Positions 50,242 through 63,300 of a DNA stretch of 64,000 bases are shown in pieces (the first letter of the stretch is position 1; each line of letters opens with the position of its first letter). The DNA comes from Eledone cirrhosa. Taxonomy: Eukaryota. Below the pieces are notes generated by a model. That model was not told the origin of the DNA and ran no database searches. It was given only the letters and a program-made list of their open reading frames with translations. The stretch is from the NCBI GenBank assembly GCA_964016885.1, contig OZ024744.1, positions 53,568,001-53,632,000 on the forward strand. The letters are read 5' to 3'. A program made the position numbers and the translations under genes.

Positions 50242-53200
50242 ATCTGGATCACCCGAATCTGCCAATGTGGGCATGGACAATCAGCATCGGGTCATCCAGA
50301 TCGTATCTCGATAGGGTATTCTGCAGGGAACTAGATAAGAACTAGATAAGTTGTCCACAATTTAAAATAGTTGACTACACACACCACAAATTTGTGATCT
50401 GTGAGATCGACATAGACAGACTTCATAGACAAGGGCCTGGTTACTGGAAGCTGAACGCGTCTTTCCCAGCGCGCAAAGCCTACAGAGACCGGTTAGCGTA
50501 TTAGTTAAGCGGGCGTTGACAGGAACGGACGTCAACAACAGGTGGTGGTTCGCCCTGAAAAAGGCAATTAAAGTAGAGTCGATTAGGTTTAGCAAAGGAG
50601 TAGTGATAGAGGAAAATAGAGTAGAGGGAGAGCTAGTCAGAAAGCTAGAAGAGGCGTTTGGGACAGGCATCGCAACCGACGTGCTTGCGGCGAGATTGGC
50701 ACTCGACCAATTCTTCAACGCAAAACACGAAGGCTGCGTTGTCAGAGGTAGAGCGCATGCTCTGAAACACAAGGGGACAAAAGGCGTCCAATGGGCGCGA
50801 GTGGCGGAGGCGCGACGTGGCAACAAAGCCACAATTCGGTTTTTGTCTGACCAAAACGGGTGCGTGATGCTCGAACCCGAGCGGATGTGTGAAGCTTTTC
50901 AGCAGCACTTTGCTGAACTGTTCGGGAGCAGCAGCGGGCCGGCTTTGGGTATTGATTTCAGTACATACCTCAACAGACTGCCTCGGCTCTCGACGACCGC
51001 AGCACAGTGTTGCGAAAAGCCAATAACAGCCGGTGAAATACGGAAAGCGATGGCTAACTGCATGATGGGTAAATCACCAGGTTTGGATGGTCTGCCTGCA
51101 TTTATGCCAGACTTGTTCGGTGACCTCTTGGCAGAGGTCTACTGCAACTGGCAGCAGAACTGGAGCATTCCCAGTTTTGTGAGCCAGGGAGCGGTGGCGT
51201 TGCTCAGAAAAGACCCGAACAAGGGGATGTTATCGATAACTTCAGGCCCATAACCCTGCTAAACGCAGAGTTCAAGATTTTGGCCAAGGTGTCAGCAACG
51301 AGGTTGGCGCTCGTCGTCAAGGGTCTGGTGGGAGAGGCGCAGACATGCGCCATTTCCGGACAGATCCATACACGACAACCTCCAGCTCATGCGATACATC
51401 ATAGAGAGGGTGGTTAAAGAACCTGGCAGGGGTGTGTCCCTGATCAACTTGGATCAATCCAAAGCATTCGATAGGGTCGACCATCGGTACCTGGAGGCGG
51501 TCCTCGAGGCAGCAGGTTTCGGGCCCGTTTTCAGGGGTTGGATCGCTGCGATGTATTGCGATAACTGTTCAGTTGTGAGGGTGAACGGTCACCTGTCACA
51601 GCCATTCAGCATCATGCGCTCGGTCCGCCAGTGTTGTCCCCTCTCGTCCCTCTTGTACGTATTGGCTCTCGAGCCGTTATTGCACAAACTGGGGGCGATG
51701 AGGGGCGTCCCACACGAACTTAGATGCGGGAAATCCAAGTCGGCTAATGCCGACGATGTCACCGTGGTGGTGTCGCGCACCAGACACGTCCAGATGCTCG
51801 GCACCACTCTCAAGGAATACGAAGCGGTGACAGGAGCAAAGATAAACCAGAAAAAGTCGGTTGGCATGAAGCTCGGCACCTAGAGAGGCAAGTCCATACC
51901 GTCCGACAGCGTCGTGGGGCGTTAGACGGACGGACATGATAAATTGCTTGGGGTCTGGTTCGGACCGGAGAAAAACTGGAGCGAGGTGACGAGCAAGGTG
52001 GCCTCGCTCACCCAGAAATGGGCCGAGGGGAAGCTGTCCCTGAAAGGCTGGGCGGAGGTGGCGAATGCGTACATCGCATCCGTCATCTGCTACCGCTTCA
52101 CCGTCGTCCCTTCCCCCAGCCCAACTCTCACCAAAATGGAGCGCCTCCTCTTCCGCAGTTTGTGGAAGGGACGCGCTCCCATGGTCAGACGATCCATCTG
52201 CTGTCAACACCCGTTGAGTGGAGGACTGGGCATGCCATGGCTGATGATGCAAACATGTGCTGAGGCTGCGACATCTCTGGTGCTTCCTTGACGGTGAACA
52301 GGTGTGGTCGCCGTTCGCCAGGCACGTTTTCCCACAGCTCGTCTCCTTGAAGAAACTGTAGTCCTGGGTTAGGAAAAGATCGAGGGATAGCGCTTGGAAA
52401 CTGGAATGACTCCAGGCGCTCACTGCCCTGTGCCAGCTGGGCACCAGTATCGGTGGAACATCCACCTCGGTGTTCTATAGGGGACTAGTAGAGTGGAAGA
52501 GCAACGACGGTCTCGGAGAGATCCTGGGCGTCGAAGAAGATCAGCTGTTTGCTCTCTTCCGGAGAACTCTCAGCCCAGGGCATATGGATTACTTCCAAAA
52601 ATCCCTGGCCTGGCAGTGCTACCGGGGAGCGTTGCCGGTTCGAGATAAGCTCTACAGGCGCGGAAGTACCGTCAGCCGAGATGTCCGAGATGCGCGCAGT
52701 GCGACGAAACCGTCGTGCACGCACTCGTTCAGTGCCCGAGCATTGCTGACTTGTGGAGCTATGTCGAACAGTTGCTGTCGCGTGTAGGACTGATCCGGTT
52801 ATCGACTGAGTCCATTGTACAGATGGTCTCGCCGTCTTCCTTTGAGTAGGTAGGGCAGGCGGTTTTCATCTGCCTGGTGGCCATGGCGAAAGAGATTGTG
52901 TGGCGGACAAGGGTGAAAGGGTTAAAGACAGACACATTCCTCTTCGGTTAATCCCTAATTAACTTTCACTTGAAGAGGAAAATTAGGGTGGAGAGCCAAG
53001 TGCTGCCTTCTAGCAAGTTTGTTGAAAGGTGGGTGAATGTAGCGAGAATGGTCCGAGTGAACGGGACCGCTCTGAATATACGCCTGTAGCTTGAGAAATG
53101 GAAACATTGAGAGAGGGCACTTGCCCTGGTAGTCAGGGTGGCCGTGGTCTTTTGTGTGGTTTTCGCCACGAGTAACCCTCGGAGGTTTCCCCCCTATTGG

Positions 53201-53423
53201 GGAATCTTTCATCGTTTCAATTTTCATTTTTATTGTTTATATATATATGTTTCTATGTCCTTTTTTTTTTTTCTTATATAAATAATAAAAATCTTTACAC
53301 GCACAAAACCCACATCGTACCGTCCTGTACCGTCCCGTGCCGTCTGTAATGTTTTTTCTTGATGTCAGCCCTTGTGGTCAATAAAGAAATCATTATTATT
53401 ATTATTATTATTTGTTATTATTA
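50242..53423 (+). mobile_element. Tx1/L1-like LINE copy 2, 5'-truncated, degenerate ORF2
   Basis: Colinear with 47070-50200, many stops. AATAAA + (ATT)n at 53380-53423. Confidence 0.9.
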
Positions 53424-53424
53424 T

Positions 53425-56400
53425 GAGACGGCGGTAACTACGGCGGAGTAAGTTAGTTGAATTTTTATGAGTTATCGAATGTTCTATATACTATTTTTTA
53501 CATCGGTTTTTTAACTGTATCCCGCGCCCTTGATGGTTAAATCTGCATTTATTTGCAATCATACCCCCCCCCCCCACACACACACACACATTTTGTTAAA
53601 AAAAAACATGGCGGACAAAAAATGTGCACAGGGAGGAACAGCGAGCTGTTCAGGGGGTGGAAAAACCATTTCCACCCAATCACAAGGCAAAGTAAAAAAC
53701 AAGAGAAACAAGTACACATCACTAACGAAGAGATAAAACAAGCAAAGGTCTTGGTTAAAAAGCCCGGACACAGGGTAAGTTTCACCCGCCCAGCTGAGAT
53801 AATAAGAAACGAGCTTTTGTGTTCGGTCAGTTATCGCACGATCGGATCAAAATCGCGGCGAGTTGAACGGGCAACAGAGTCACAGGTCCAAAGAGCTATG
53901 GGCACCATCTGGGCACAGAAAACATATATAGCCCGGGGATCGAGATATGGCACTGTGGATGTGCTCTTCGCTACACTAGAGGAAGCCAGAGCACACTCCA
54001 TTGTGCCACTCAGCAGTGACGAAATCATAATGATCCCCACATACTGCGGCCAGAGAGTCTTGAGTGTTCAAGTGGGCCAGGTTCCGCCCTCAGTGGAGAT
54101 GGCGTGGTTGACGGCAGCCGTCCTCGCTGATGTCGAGGATTCAACAACTACACTCAACGTCATGCGAATAAGACAGGAAAATTGCACAGGGTCTGGGATG
54201 GAGCTAATCATCCAAGCAAACTATGAGAGCATTGAGGCCGTCCTCGATGTAATAGACCTGGACGACGGCAGCCATCTACCCGTGACTGTCGAAGGTAGGC
54301 GCCCCAGATGTCATGAATGCGGTGACAAGACGCACCTTAGGGCCTTCTGCCCCAAACTCACCAACACGGGCACGCGCCACCCCTTCTCCTCACGCCGTGC
54401 CCCGCAACTGGAGCAGACAAACAAACCAAGACCACAGTAGCAGAAGAGAAATCACCATCCCCAACAACAAAAACACCATCTCTTCCCCTAAAGCTAAATT
54501 AGACAAGGAATGCGCTGAAGCCGAAGAATGGAGAACAATCCCAACAAATAAAAGGAAGTACACCCTACCCTCACTCCCCCCTCCAAAAAAAAGAGGAAGA
54601 AAGAACCCTAAAAGGAAAGAAAATGAAAACTACCCCACCTCCTCCACCACCACCTAAACTACCACCACCAACAGCCACACCGCCACAACCACCACCACGG
54701 CCGCCACCAACGCCACTCCTAGCATCTACCCCATCCTCACCTCCAACAACACGACAGCAAACACAGAAAGCACCAACACCCCAACAGCAGACACAATACA
54801 CAGCCATAGACACAGACAACACAAAGCTTTTAAATTACATTCAACACCACACCAACATCACAGAACAAACGACGTACAAACCACCAAAATTGCACACACA
54901 CCCACACACATAAAAATAATAGAAATTACACAAAAAAATTACATAACATTAAAAAAAATGTTCCCCACATCAATTGGATACTACCGAGGGAACATCACCA
55001 AAAGAATATTCACGGATATTCTCGTGGAGAAACCTACCAATGGTCGGAGCGTTGGATCACCCACCCCTTCCTAAAGAAGAGCCACAGGTATTTTTGTACC
55101 TCTCCCCTCTCACTTGTTTTCCTCCTATCCTAGCCAACATGACTACTCTCAGAATAGGTAGCATAAATGCACGTGGCCTGGGGTCGTCTCATGTCGCTAA
55201 ACATAGATGTGGTGGCCGTCAGCGAGACCAGAATCTCTGAGGCACGGGCAGTCGCACCCATTTTCGGCGGGTACGAGGTGTACACATCTCCAAGCCGTCC
55301 CGCATCTGGGGTGGGGGTGGGGGGGGGGAGTGGCCATGTTGTTCCAGAGAAGTCTGAGGGTAAGTTGATGGTACTGGACGTGACCAGGGGAGAAGGACAA
55401 GCTTTCAGGCTAGTGGCTGCCTATGCCCCCAACAGGAGCAGGGCGGCCAGAATTCTTCCGGCGTCTGGAGACCTTTCTTGGAACGTCCCGCTCTCTAGTA
55501 TTTGTGGGCGACTGGAACGGGATCTTAGATGCTCGCTGGGAATGTGTGGGATTAGCGGATAGGGAGGAGGGTGGAAAAGCCTCACAAACCTACTCAGGCG
55601 TTTTCAACTGTCGGACAGGTACCAATGTGGACTTGGACAAACCGCATCGCGTCATCCAGATCATATCTAGATAGAGTATTTTATAGAGAAATAGATAGGT
55701 CTAGCATAGGTTGTCCTCAATTCAAGATAGTCAGCTACACGGACCACACATTCGTGATCTGTGTGCTTGACTTAGATAGGCTTCATAGGCAGGGACCCGA
55801 CTACTGGAAACTAAACGCGTCGATAACAGCGCGTAAATGTTACAGAGACCGGATTAGCTAATTAGTTAAGCGGGCGTTGACGGGGGCCATCGTCAACAAC
55901 AGGTGGTGGTTTGCTTTGAAAAGAGCGATTAGAATAGAGTCCATTAGGTTTAGTAAAGCGCTAGTAACAGAAAAATAGAGCAGAAGGAAATCTAGTTAAG
56001 AAATTAGACGAGGCGCTTAGTAAAGGCATCGCGACCGACATGCTTGCGGCGAAATTGGCTCTCGACCAATTTTCCAACGCTAAGCACGAAGGCTGCGTTG
56101 TCAGAGCTAGTGTCTGGGCTCTCAGGCACGAGGGGACAAAAGCCGTTCAATGGGGCCGGGTGGCGGAGGCGCGTCCTGGCAACAAAGCCATGATCTGGTC
56201 TTTGGCGAAACACGACGGGCAAATGATACTCGATTCCGGGCAGATGTGTGCGGCTTTTCAGCAGAAGTTTTCTCAGCTATTCGGGGTCAATGGCGGGCCG
56301 CATCGCGGAATGGACTTCAGTGCCTACCTCGACGGACTGCCGCAGATATCGTCCACTAGGGCGGCGTGTTGCTAAAGGCCGATAACAGCTGCTGAGGTAC

Positions 56401-58615
56401 GGAAGGCAATGAGTAGCTGCACAATGGGTAAATCGCCTGGTTTGGATGGTCTGCCATACGAATTTTACATACATATGCCAGACTTGTTCGAAGACCTCTT
56501 GGCAGACGTCTAATGCAACTGGCAGCAGAAGGAGAGCATTCCCAGCTCTGTGAGCCGAGGAGCGGTGGCTAAACACAGACTTCAAGATTTTGTCTAAGGT
56601 GCTAGCAAGGAGGTTGGCGCTTGTCGTTGGTGGTCTGGTGGGAGAGGCGCAAACATGCGCCATTCCAGACAGATCCATCCACGACAACCTCCACCTCATG
56701 CGATACATCGTAAAGAGGGTAGCTAGGGAACCTGGCATGGGTGGGTCTTTGATCAATTTAGATCAGTCAAAAGCTTTCGATAGGGTCGACCATCGTTATC
56801 TGGCAGCAGTCCTAAGAGCAGCTGGCTTTGGGCCTGTCTTCAGAGGCTGGATTGCTGCCATGCACAGCGACATCTGCTCTGTGGTAAGAGTGAACGGTCA
56901 CCTTTCGAAACCGTTCAACATCATGCACTCGATCTGCCAGGGATGACCTCTCTCCTCCTTGTTGTGCGTATTGACTCTTGAGCCATTACTGCACAAACTG
57001 GAGACGTTGAGGGGGTCCCACGTGAACTAGGATGCGGAAGAACAGTGTCAGCTTATGCAGACTACATCACTGTAGTGGTGTCAAACAGGTAGTGACAGGA
57101 TCAATGATCAACCAGGAAAAATCAGTGGGCCTGCAGCTCGGCATCTGGAGAGGCAGGTCCATGCCGCCCAACAGCGTTGTCGAGCGCTGGACGGACGGAC
57201 CGATTAAATTGCTAGGGGTCTGGTTGGGTCCGGACCTCCACACGGACAAAAACTGGGAGGAGGTCACGAGCAAGGTGCTTTCTCTCATCCAGAAATGGGC
57301 CGAGAGCAAGCTATCCCTGAAAGGTCGAGCGGAGGTGGCTAACGCGTACATCGCGTCCGTCATTTACTACCGCCTGACCGTCGTGCTTTGTCCTAAGCCT
57401 CGCCTGACTGCACTGGAGCGTTTGCTCTTTCGCTTTTTGTGGAAGGGACGTGCTCCGATGGTCAGGCTGTCCATCTGCTGTCAACACCTGCTACGCGGAG
57501 GGGTGGTCATGCCGTGGCTGATGATGCGCAGACATGCACTCAAACTACCGCATCTCCACCTCTTTCTCGACGGTGATCAGGTGTGGTCTCCCTTTGCTAG
57601 ACACATGTTTCCCCAGCTTGTCTCCATGGCCGAGCTCAGTTCTGAGTCAAGCGAAGAACGAGAGGAAGCGCTTGGAGACTAGAATGTCTTCAGGCGCTTA
57701 CAGTCTTCGACCAGTCGAGCAATACAGTCGCTGGAAACTCAACCTTGGCTTTCTATAGAGGGTTAGTGGAAGGAAAGAGCAACGACGTCCTTGGGGAGAC
57801 TCTAGGCGTCGACCAAAACCAACTAGCCAATCTCTTAGGGAGAACTTTCTGGTCGTGGCCCATGGGCAACTTTCAGAAATCCCTGTCCTGGCAGTGCTAC
57901 CGAGCAGCCTTGCCAGTTCGGGATAGACTCTACTGGCATGGAAGTGCGCACAGGGCGATGAAGCCGTCCTGCACGCACTCGTCCTGTGTCCAAGCATTAC
58001 TTACTTGTGGGTTTATGCCGAACACCTGCTGTCACGGGTAGAACGGATCCGGCTATCAGCTGAGTCCATCATGAAGATTGCCCCGCCGCCTTCCTTTAGT
58101 CGAGAAGGGCAGGCAGTTTTTATCTGCCTGGTGGCCATGGTAAAAGAGATTGTATGATGGACACGTCTGAAAGGATTGAGGACCGGTACTTTCCTCTTCG
58201 GTGACCCCCTCATTAACTTTTTCCAGTTTCACCTGAAGAGGAAAATCAGGGTGGAGGGTGAAGTGCTGACCTCCAGCCAGTTTCTTGAAAGGTGGGGAAG
58301 AGAGGCAAGAATGGCCCATGTGAATGGGTCTACCCTGAGCGTGTGCCTGTAGCATTGTAGGAGGAAAACTGGAAGAGGGCATTTGCCCTAGCCGTCAGGG
58401 TAACCGTGGGTTTTCTTGGAGGCTTTCTCCACGAGCAACCCTCGGAGGTCTCCCCCTTTTGGGAATTTTTCATTGTTTCCTTTTGTCACGCTCTGTTTTT
58501 GTTTTTTTTACATGCAGAAATACCCATTTGTATTGTCCTGTGTTGTCCTTAATGTTATACTTTGTGTCAACCCTTGTGGTTAATAAAGAAAGCATTATTA
58601 TTATTATTATTATTA
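53425..58615 (+). mobile_element. Tx1/L1-like LINE copy 3, full length, degenerate
   Basis: ORF1 53553-54440 (CHECGDKTHLRAFC). ORF2 remnants 55139-58351. AATAAA + (ATT)n at 58582-58615. Confidence 0.9.
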
Positions 58616-58617
58616 AA

Positions 58618-58688
58618 AATACCAGTAATGCACTGGAGTAATTGCTGGCCTTGTGCCAAAAGTAGAAACAATTATTATTATTATTATT
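58618..58688 (+). mobile_element. Nin-SINE 3' fragment with (ATT)n tail
   Basis: taccagtaatgcactgg..aattgctggccttgtgccaaaagtagaaacaattattatt. A second copy is at 60317-60388. Confidence 0.7.
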
Positions 58689-59833
58689 GTTCTTTGAGTC
58701 TCAGTCATTGATGTTATTTAACTGGAAAGTTTGTTGAAATGAATATCAAGCCACTACCTGCAGCATCAGATATTCAGGACGTATCGGAGGGTTCTTGCTG
58801 TTCACAGCAAGCATGCCTTTTGAAGCGTTCCAAAAAGCGTGAAGGGGCTGATTTTCTTTAACCATCCCTGGAAACTTTTTGAGATAGTACCTAGTGCGCC
58901 TATGACAATCGGGACCACTTTGACTTCATGGCAGTTCCAAATCCTTTTTACCTCCCAATTTAAGTCCTGGTATCGGTTAATTTTCTCACTCTCCTTCTCT
59001 TGCACTCTCGTGTCGAATGGGCAGGCCACATCCACAATCAGGCACGATCTTTTTACTTTGTCCAAAACCACCAGGTCAGGTCTATTGTGTTCCAGTTTCT
59101 TGTCCGTCTGTATCCTAAAATCCCATAGCCCCTTCACCTGATCGTTTTCTATCACCGACTCTGGCTTATGCTCATACCACTTCTCAGAATGTGGTAAATT
59201 GTTTACTTTGCATAGGTGCCAGTGGATCACCCTGCCCATCACATCATGTCTCCAGCCTTTATAGCGAGTCTGGGCTAGGTGTTTACACTCGGATACAATG
59301 TGAGCCACAGCCTCCTCTCTCTCTCTCCACAGATCCTACATAGTGGGCTAGCCTCCTCCTTGTAAATATGGTGTTTCAGCCACTTCGTTTTGAGGGCCTG
59401 CTCTTGCGCAGCCATTAGCATTCCTTCTGTAGCCTTTTTAAGGTCTCCTCTTTTCAACATGTCCTATGTTTGTGGATCGCTAAATTCAGTTTTCTCAAAG
59501 AATGTACTATGAAGGAATTTGTCATGAAGGTTGCTGTTCCTCCTTGTTGTTATTTCCTCTTTGGACATCCCCTGGTCTATTGTTCTCTGCTCCAGTACAA
59601 TTCTGAGCATTGGCTCCCTACTGTCGGTCACGTATTTGTGCAGGGTGTTTTTCTCCATCTGAACACAGTCCTCTATGCTGATAAGACCTCTTCCACCCTC
59701 AGATCTCCTTAAGTAGAGTCTATCGACATCACTCCTCTTGTGGAACATGTTGTGGATAGGCAATAGCTTCCTAGTCTTCCTATCCATTTCTTTTTGTTCA
59801 GCAACATTCCATTTCAGAATTCCCGCACTGTAC
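58689..59833 (-). mobile_element. R4/Dong-like family A, 5'-truncated copy
   Basis: Colinear with 41022-42164. (TTA)n on both sides. Confidence 0.9.
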
Positions 59834-59869
<36 letters not shown>

Positions 59870-59871
59870 AG

Positions 59872-60315
59872 CTGCATTTATCTTGCTTTATGTCCATACG
59901 AGTTATCACCAAGTCACAACCAGTGACCTCAAGAGACAACAAGGTCCGCCATGTTCAAAAAAAGAACATACACACTCACACATGCATCTTTAGGTGTTTA
60001 GACTTGTGATGTACTTATATTGACAGAATCTTCCTTAGTATATGGGCAGTTCCCATTAGTACTATCTTTTGTATTTCTCCTATACGCGGGTTTCCTGGAA
60101 TTTGCGATAAGTAATCATTAGACCCCTTAGGTATCATTCCTAGAGCGCCTACAACCACTGGTATTGTTTTAGTTCTCAATTTCCACATTTTTCCAATTTC
60201 TATCTCCAAGTCCTTATACTTGCTCAATTCTTCAAATGTTTTTATAGATACATTCTTGTCTATTGGAACGGACATATCAATTAGCAGGCATACCCTCTTT
60301 TTAAAGTCCTTCAAT
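59872..60315 (-). mobile_element. R4/Dong-like family B 3' fragment
   Basis: Colinear with 37245-37686. Confidence 0.88.
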
Positions 60316-60388
60316 AGTACCAGTAATACACTGGTAAATTGCTGGCCTTGTGCCAAAAGTAGAAACAATTAGTATTACTCTTATTATA

Positions 60389-63300
60389 GTTGCATTTATC
60401 CTGCTTTATGTTCATACGAGTTATCACCAAGTCACAACCAGTGACATCAAGAGACAATTCTTGTCTATTGGAACGGACATATCAATTAGCAGGCATACCC
60501 TCTTTTTAAAGTCCTTCATTATTATATCAGGTCTATTTGCATCTATTTTTCGGTCTGTTTGGATGCTAAAGTTCCACAAGATTGAGATGTGATCTTTTTC
60601 AAGTATGGGAGGTGGTTGATGCTCCCACCAATTCTTTTGATGGGGCAGGTCAAAATGCTTACACATTATCCAATGTATGTATTGTGAAGCTCTGTCATGC
60701 CTGTTTAGGTATTCGGTTGGAGCTATAGGACTGCACATTGAAATTATATGGTCAATGGTCTCTGGTTGTTTTTTTACAAAACACGGCATAAAGGTCTGCA
60801 TCCATTTTTTATTATGTTGGCTTGGTAATTTTTTGTTGGCAGACACTGATCTTGTGCTGATATAATCAGTCCTTCAGTCTCCTATTTCAGTCCAGAGGAT
60901 ACCAACCACTAATGGGTTAAAGTTTTGTCAACATCAGGATTGTTAGCTCGTTCTGGGTATTTTCCATACAGAGGCTTTTCTTGCCATTTCTTAGCCAGTT
61001 TCTGTAGCAGTTACTTTAACCTGCTTTGCTTTTTCTGTGTTTTCCATTTCAGCAGTAAATGGGACTTCTGAAATCTGTAGTCCATTACTGTATCTTTGTG
61101 CATCTTTTGTAATGGAATATGATCTTTTGATGCTTTCGTGTTTCAAAACGAGTTTGATCATCCAATCATGTGATTCCCTTAGATATGTAGATAATCCAAT
61201 TGTTGCAGTTTTCAACGCAATGTCTAACTGGATTAACCCACGTCCTCCTTCTTTCCTAGGGAGCTATATTCTATCTATATCTGCCTTAGGGTGATGCATT
61301 CTGTGCATGGTTAAGAATTTTCGAATTTTTGTATCGAGCCTACGGATCTCTGTGCTTGACCAGTTGATGACATTGTAACTGTAGGTTACTACTGGTATGG
61401 CAAGCGTGTTTATGGCATCGATCCTATTCCTTGCATTCAATTCCGTACTTAAGATTGCTCTTACTCTGCGGTAATATTCCTTCCTTATCCTTTCCCTCAT
61501 TGTCGACTGCTTGATTCCGTCTCCTTCACAAACACCTAGATATTTGTAAGTTTCCTCTTGCTCAAGTTCTCTTATCACATTCCCCCGATCAAGATTAATG
61601 TCTGAACTTTTCAACAGCTTTCCTCTGGTGAACGTTGCTTTGGCGCATTTATCTAGTCCAAACTCCATTTTAATGTCATCACTGAACTGCTCCACAGTGG
61701 ATAATAGCCCTTGCAATTGTTCATCATTTTTTCAAATAGTTTCAGGTCATCTATGTAGAACAGGTGATTAATGGTTTTGTTATAGACTTTATATCCATGT
61801 TTTGTTTCATTGAGCATTTTACTTAATGGTATAAGTGCGATGCAGAATAAAAGCGGTGATAAAGAGTCCCCCTGAAAAATTCCACAATTAATATTAACTT
61901 CTCCAGCTTCCAGTGATTTTGTTTCACTATTCAAAAGAAGTGTCGTTTTCCATGTCTTCATACTGATTGACAAAAACCTCCTGACAACGGGAGATATTTT
62001 GAAAATCTCTAAACATTTTTCAATCCAACTGTGTGGCAAACTATCGAATGCTTTTTTATAATCTATCCAAGCAATCGATAGATTTTTGTGTCTATTATGA
62101 CAATCTTCCAGTATCATTTTGTTAACCAAAAGCTGATCCTTACAGCCATATGAGCCTCGTTTACACCCTTTCTGCTCAATGGGAAATAGGTCATTTGTTA
62201 TCAGGTGGTCATATGTATATTCAGTTAGGACTGATGTTAACATTTTAAACATTGTGGTCAAGCAAGTTATCGGTCTGTAATTTTTGGGATTGTTTGCCTC
62301 ATCATTCTTCGGAAGCAGGAATGTAATGCCGTTAACTAGCCATGATGGTATCTTTTCTGGCTCCGTAACTATTTCATTGTAAAGTTGGGCTAACAGCTCA
62401 TGAGACTCTGTGAAGGCATTTATCCAAAAATGTTGTATTTTGTCTTTTCCTGTGGATTTCCATTTGCTGGTTTTTCTTAGAGCCAAACGCAACTGTTCAA
62501 CTCTTATATATTCCCATATTTGTTCCTCAAGGTGAGCTGTGTCTTTCATGTGTCTGTCTATCCATGGGGCATGTATATTATGAACTTTTTCTATGGCCCA
62601 GATCTTTTCCCAGAATTCTTGCACTTCCTCCTTGGGTGGTATTGATTTAGCAGTTATTGTTGACTTACCAATTTTTCTGTAGAAGTTTCTTTGGTTGTTT
62701 TTGAACATATTATTGTCCTTATAGAATCTAGATCGTTTTCAAAGCGTCTTATACGTGCAGCTTTGGCCGACACTTTTTGCTTGATTATTTCTATCAGCAT
62801 GTCTATGTCACTTGTTGATTTTATTCTGTACTTTCTTTTCAATTTTCTAAGTTTAGTTTGTTTAACATGTTCACCTACTTTATAGTTTGTTAAAAATTCT
62901 ATGTCAGATCAGAGAAGGTTTATTTGGCGATTGATGTTCTCTTGCCAAGTAGATTTCTTGTGGGAATTCCTTTGTTTTTTCATTTTCACTCCACATAAGT
63001 GAGTGGTGACTTTAGCCGATGCATAATAGAGATGATTTAAATCAGTAATGTTTAGTTTGTTTGTGATGATAATGTTTTTGAGAATTATGTTAGTCTTGTG
63101 TATTATCTGTTGGTTCTGTTTGGAGTTCTGGATCTTAGGGAGGGTGTCTCGTTCCCCCATGTCAGATTCTTTCATTTTCATCCATTCGATCATAATTTCA
63201 TCCTTCAAGTTGGCAAGTTCATTCTCATTCATTTCTTTATCATTTACGATCTCATTGTTTTCATTTGGAGTTTCATCTTGAGCATGCACTCCCTCCACTT

